NCBI GenBank assembly: GCA_963977015.1
Contig: CAXBMO010000008.1
Location: forward strand, 1 to 64,000
DNA length: 64,000 bases
Reading direction: 5' to 3'
Origin: an uncultured bacterium
GTDB taxonomy: Bacteria > Verrucomicrobiota > Verrucomicrobiia > Verrucomicrobiales > DEV007
The first letter of the stretch is position 1, and each line of letters begins with the position of its first letter. Positions 60,192-64,000 of the stretch are shown here, piece by piece. Under the pieces are notes generated by a model. That model did no database searches, was not told the origin of the DNA, and worked only from the letters and a program-made list of their open reading frames with translations. A program made the position numbers and the translations under genes.

Positions 60192-60818
60192 ATGTGGGAC
60201 CGCAACCGTTGGAATCAATTCATCTATGCGCTCTGGGCTCCGGTTTATGATTGGTTTGTAGATCGGAGTTTCTTCGCGACGGCGCGGGAACACGCCTTGG
60301 GCATGCTGAATTTGCAGGCGGGCGAAGAGGTTTTGTTGGTCGGGGTTGGCACCGGGCCTGACTTCAAGTTCCTTCCGGAGGGAATCCGTGCCACCGGGAT
60401 CGATCTCAGCGAAGCGATGCTCGAAAAGGCTCGGGAAAAATTGCCGTTGAAGGGAAAAGAGGTGGTTGTTCAGCGGGCCAACGCCGAGAACCTTCCGTTT
60501 CCAGACGAATCGTTCGATGCTGCGATTCTCATCCTGATCCTCAGTGTGGTCGGTGATGGAAAGACGGCCATGCGGGAAACCCTACGAGTTCTGCGGCCTG
60601 GTGGGCGAGCCGTGGTCTTCGACAAATTCATTGAGCAGGGCCGCAAGCCATCCTTCGCGAGAAGATTGCTGAACACGTTCCTCACCAAACCTTTCGGAAC
60701 GGATATCAATCGGAGTCTGGAGCCCATGCTCGAGGGGTTGTCCGGTCAAATCGTCGATGATCAACCCAGCCTCTTGAACGGAGCATACCGCCGAATTCTG
60801 ATCTTCAAGAAGCCGTGA
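60192..60818 (+). CDS. class I SAM methyltransferase (PmtA-like)
   Basis: YALWAPVYD, VGVGTG, GIDLSEAML and RVLRPGG. Confidence 0.85.
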   Translation: MWDRNRWNQFIYALWAPVYDWFVDRSFFATAREHALGMLNLQAGEEVLLVGVGTGPDFKFLPEGIRATGIDLSEAMLEKAREKLPLKGKEVVVQRANAENLPFPDESFDAAILILILSVVGDGKTAMRETLRVLRPGGRAVVFDKFIEQGRKPSFARRLLNTFLTKPFGTDINRSLEPMLEGLSGQIVDDQPSLLNGAYRRILIFKKP

Positions 60819-60827
60819 CGGGCGGGT

Positions 60828-61295
60828 TTACGGGATTTCCGGCTTCTCTGGAATCAACCCCTTGGCCTTCTTCTCCTCGTATTCCCTGCGGAGTTGGCTG
60901 GTGTAGGGATTCGGAGGGAGGAGCGTTGCGGGAATGGGCGCCCGGCGATAGGCGCCTTCGATGGGGGGATAATTCTCGGCCAGGTAGGTGACGATCTTGT
61001 CTTCCAGCTTCGGATCCACCAGCCAGATGAGCCCGTGATCCTTCTGCATCCAGTCGACCACCGATTGCCAGGTGCTGCGGGTTCCGCGCTGGCGCAGGAA
61101 TTGCTGGGGAGAATGACAGATGATGCAGTTGGCCCGGGTCAACTCCCAGTTCTCGGCGATGATCATTCCGGTGAGCGGATCCCGTTCCACCGCTTCGTCT
61201 CCGGAGTCTTGTGCTCGCACGATCCCGGCCAGCATCAACCAGATCAGGCCAGTGGCGATCAGGATCAGGGAAACGGGTTTGGATTTCAGTTCCAT
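60828..61295 (-). CDS. monoheme c-type cytochrome (SorB-like partner)
   Basis: Signal peptide, CIICH and WMQKDHGL; GAAGGAG RBS; directly downstream of the Mo enzyme. Confidence 0.8.
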   Translation of the reverse strand: MELKSKPVSLILIATGLIWLMLAGIVRAQDSGDEAVERDPLTGMIIAENWELTRANCIICHSPQQFLRQRGTRSTWQSVVDWMQKDHGLIWLVDPKLEDKIVTYLAENYPPIEGAYRRAPIPATLLPPNPYTSQLRREYEEKKAKGLIPEKPEIP

Positions 61296-61321
61296 CAGGT
61301 CTCCTTCATGTTGGTGCCGGT

Positions 61322-62644
61322 TCAAACGGCCTGGACCGCGATTCGATGACAGGCATTGTTCAAGTACCCTTTCGGATTCCACCCGGGCAGAATCATGGGC
61401 TGGCTGATTCCGTTCTCATCCACGGCCCGGGACCAGACCTCGTAGTAACCCTTGAGGGGGAAGTTGATTCCGCCCAGTGACCAGTGCTGCCACGCCAGGC
61501 GGTTGACCGGCTTCTCAAGCTTGGCTTTCCGCCACGTCGCGCCGAAGTCGATCGACACGGAAACCTCCTTCACCCTGGCATCGCCCACCCAGGCATGACC
61601 GCGGCAGGAGAACGGCTCGCCCTGCGGATGCTCGATTCCGGACTTGGGATGGGTAACCAGGGACTTCACCGGCATGGCCTCGATGATCTTCATGTCCTCG
61701 TCCGGCACTTCCGATCCCGGCGCCACGGGATGCTTGGGCACCCGGTAGGATTTTCCGGTCATCTTGGATCCGTCATGGACTTGGTTGCGCACCACGATCT
61801 TCTTGAGCCACTTGCCGCTGGTCGACGCGGGCCACCCCGAGGTCACGATGCGAAGGGGGTAACCATTCAGGTAGGGGATGTCCGCCCCGTTCATGGCAAA
61901 GGCGATGAGCGACTCGTCTTCCAGCGCCTTGGCGATGGGCACCCCGCGCGAAATGGCGACCTTGGTCGGGTCTCCGCTCAAGTGCGTGTCCCGGCCATAG
62001 TAGCCGGTGTAAACCGCATCGTCCTTGATTCCGCAGGCCTTCAGCACATCACCGAGCCGGACACCCGTCCACATCGGGCAGCCGACCGCGCCCACGGTCC
62101 ACTGGTTGCCGGTGGCGGGAGGGTTGAATTCACTTCGACCGTTGCCGCCGCACTCGATCGTCAGTTGATAGGTGTAATGCTTGAACGTCTCTTTCAGTTC
62201 GGGAAGCGTGAACGTCTTCGGAGTTTCGATGGATTCGCCGCCGATCTCCAACGACCACTGGGCCGGATCGATGCCGTCCATGGCCGGGGGAATTCCGTTG
62301 TTGCGGACGAAGAGCCGATTGTCCGGCGTCACCTCGTCATCCAGCAAATGGGCCGGGGTTTCCGCGTTGATCGGCCGATCGTTCAGGACGGTGAGCCCTT
62401 CTTTTCCCTCCAACTGGAACGGTTCATCCGACTGCGCCAGCGCCGCGGGAATCATCCCGGCCGGAAAGTGCTCGCCAAAAATGATCCTTCCACCTACCGC
62501 GGCCGACATCGTCATCCAGGCCGCGCGGCTCAGAAAGCCCCGGCGGGTCGTTGGATTCGTCTGTCGCCCCCACACCAGTTCATCCGCACGTTCTGAGTCT
62601 TCGGCATAGAGTTCATGAATGCCGCGTTGGGGTTTCGGTTTCAC
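61322..62644 (-). CDS. Tat-exported sulfite oxidase-family molybdoenzyme (SorA-like)
   Basis: TTRRGFLS Tat motif, FVRNNG, ECGGNGR (Mo-ligand Cys), NGYPLR, SGKWL and WNPKGY. Start uncertain (GTG 62644 or upstream). Confidence 0.9.
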   Translation of the reverse strand: MKPKPQRGIHELYAEDSERADELVWGRQTNPTTRRGFLSRAAWMTMSAAVGGRIIFGEHFPAGMIPAALAQSDEPFQLEGKEGLTVLNDRPINAETPAHLLDDEVTPDNRLFVRNNGIPPAMDGIDPAQWSLEIGGESIETPKTFTLPELKETFKHYTYQLTIECGGNGRSEFNPPATGNQWTVGAVGCPMWTGVRLGDVLKACGIKDDAVYTGYYGRDTHLSGDPTKVAISRGVPIAKALEDESLIAFAMNGADIPYLNGYPLRIVTSGWPASTSGKWLKKIVVRNQVHDGSKMTGKSYRVPKHPVAPGSEVPDEDMKIIEAMPVKSLVTHPKSGIEHPQGEPFSCRGHAWVGDARVKEVSVSIDFGATWRKAKLEKPVNRLAWQHWSLGGINFPLKGYYEVWSRAVDENGISQPMILPGWNPKGYLNNACHRIAVQAV

Positions 62645-62775
62645 AACGCCCCATTTTCCAAAAACCAGCGGTTCCTGTCCAGCATCAAGGCGGGCAACCA
62701 AATCCGAAAACGTGCGCACTCAAGCGTACGAAATTCTCGGATCCCGCTCTGGGTTATTGTGACCGGTCGAGGGTT

Positions 62776-64000
62776 TTACTTCTCGAGCACGGGAACCACG
62801 CGATCGGAAATTTCGCGGGTCAGGATTTCGTAGGCGGCTCTGATCCAATGATAGCCGTCGCCGTTGGCCAACTCGAGCTTCCCGGCCAGGAGGGAATAGG
62901 CATCAATGACTTCGATGCCTTCCTCCTGCATGACGTGTTCGGAAATCGTGTTGAGCCGGACCACCACGTCATTCTTTGCGCCGAATTGATCGACCGGTTG
63001 GTCTTTTGCGGGCTTCGGGGCCGTATGCGGCGTGGTCATGAGATAGAAGAGTTTGGCCTGGGGCGCCCCGGTCTTGAAGCATTGCGCCAGGTCGCGCATC
63101 CGGTTGTGAACGACCTCGTCCGAAACCTGTTCGGGAGTCCAATGCAGGGAGTGCAGGCCGTTGTTAAACACGATGGCGTCGAACTTGTAACGGCTGGCCA
63201 TTTCGGTCAGGGCGGCTTTGGGCACATCGCCCCCGACGAAGTGAACGCAGTGGAAAACATAGGCCTGATGTTTCAACATTTCAGGAATGAATGAGCCCCG
63301 ATAGCCCATGGAAATGGAGTCGCCGTAGATCAGGATTTTGGGCCATTCCGGGTGCTCGATTTTCGGCACATCCAGAGCCCAGCCCTTGCCAGCCACGGCA
63401 CCCCGGGGATTGTCGCTTTGGCCTTCTCTCCCGGACACATAGTTGTATGACGGACCGTAGACTTTCACGCTGCTGATCACCGCGGGCATGGATTGAACGG
63501 ACTGATTCAGATTGCGCCCGATCCACATCGGCTCGTCGTTGGGAATCATCGCCATGTAGCAGCGTTTGAGCAGTCCGTTGTTGAGGTAAAACGAGGCGTA
63601 TCCGTCACGGACGGCGATGGTGAAGGTGTAGGGCGTATTGATTTGCGGCCCGGCTTTTCCGCCGATGCCCGAAGCCTTCATGAAGATGTTGTTGACGTAG
63701 GCGCCAATGCGACGGGCGTAGTAGGGCTCCTTTCGGTAGTTCATGTCGATGGTGAAGCCATCATCGGTTTCGCCGCTGCTTTGCTTGCTCATCACCGTGA
63801 GCAGCGAATGCTCAATCAGCTCGGAAATCTCGACCGTGACCTGAACGGTGAAGTTCTTCTGGTCGGGAAACGCCGTGGCTGGAACGGCGAAAGCGGCCCC
63901 GTCCTTGAGGATGACCTTGCCGTCTGCCTGGCTGATCGCGCCCGACTGTAGTTCTGCCGGAATGGGATCGCTGGCCAGGTCCCAAAGCGGCGTGTCGTCC
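62776..64000 (-). CDS. SGNH/GDSL hydrolase with N-terminal LamG-like beta domain (5'-partial)
   Basis: IYGDSISMGY, FNNGLH and DGYHW; the frame stays open to the window end. Confidence 0.8.
   Translation of the reverse strand, partial: DDTPLWDLASDPIPAELQSGAISQADGKVILKDGAAFAVPATAFPDQKNFTVQVTVEISELIEHSLLTVMSKQSSGETDDGFTIDMNYRKEPYYARRIGAYVNNIFMKASGIGGKAGPQINTPYTFTIAVRDGYASFYLNNGLLKRCYMAMIPNDEPMWIGRNLNQSVQSMPAVISSVKVYGPSYNYVSGREGQSDNPRGAVAGKGWALDVPKIEHPEWPKILIYGDSISMGYRGSFIPEMLKHQAYVFHCVHFVGGDVPKAALTEMASRYKFDAIVFNNGLHSLHWTPEQVSDEVVHNRMRDLAQCFKTGAPQAKLFYLMTTPHTAPKPAKDQPVDQFGAKNDVVVRLNTISEHVMQEEGIEVIDAYSLLAGKLELANGDGYHWIRAAYEILTREISDRVVPVLEK

Overview
GC-rich bacterial chromosomal window with a PVC-type gene complement, probably Verrucomicrobiota (inferred from the heme-CxxCH dehydrogenase-domain protein, two DUF1080 genes and short lipoproteins). 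Core genes are dnaA (with no adjacent dnaN), asd, efp and tRNA-Leu(TAA). It also carries many secreted hydrolases, a hybrid histidine kinase, a VapBC-type TA pair, SorAB-like sulfite dehydrogenase genes and several REP/REPIN-like palindromic elements. The strongest candidates for undescribed biology are: (1) a stand-alone nucleoside-deoxyribosyltransferase-like/prokaryotic STING fusion with no cyclase in the window (38568-39575); (2) a seven-gene operon combining a symporter, an ATCase paralogue that has lost the aspartate side-chain motif, an AsnB-type amidotransferase and two amidohydrolases, which fits synthesis and recycling of a carbamoyl-amino-acid amide osmolyte (10595-17688); (3) a TIR/FGE-sulfatase gene next to tRNA-Leu whose 3' end looks like a DGR variable region followed by a GGA-loop hairpin, although no reverse transcriptase or template repeat is present here (54864-56394). 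All calls come from reading motifs by eye; no database searches were run.
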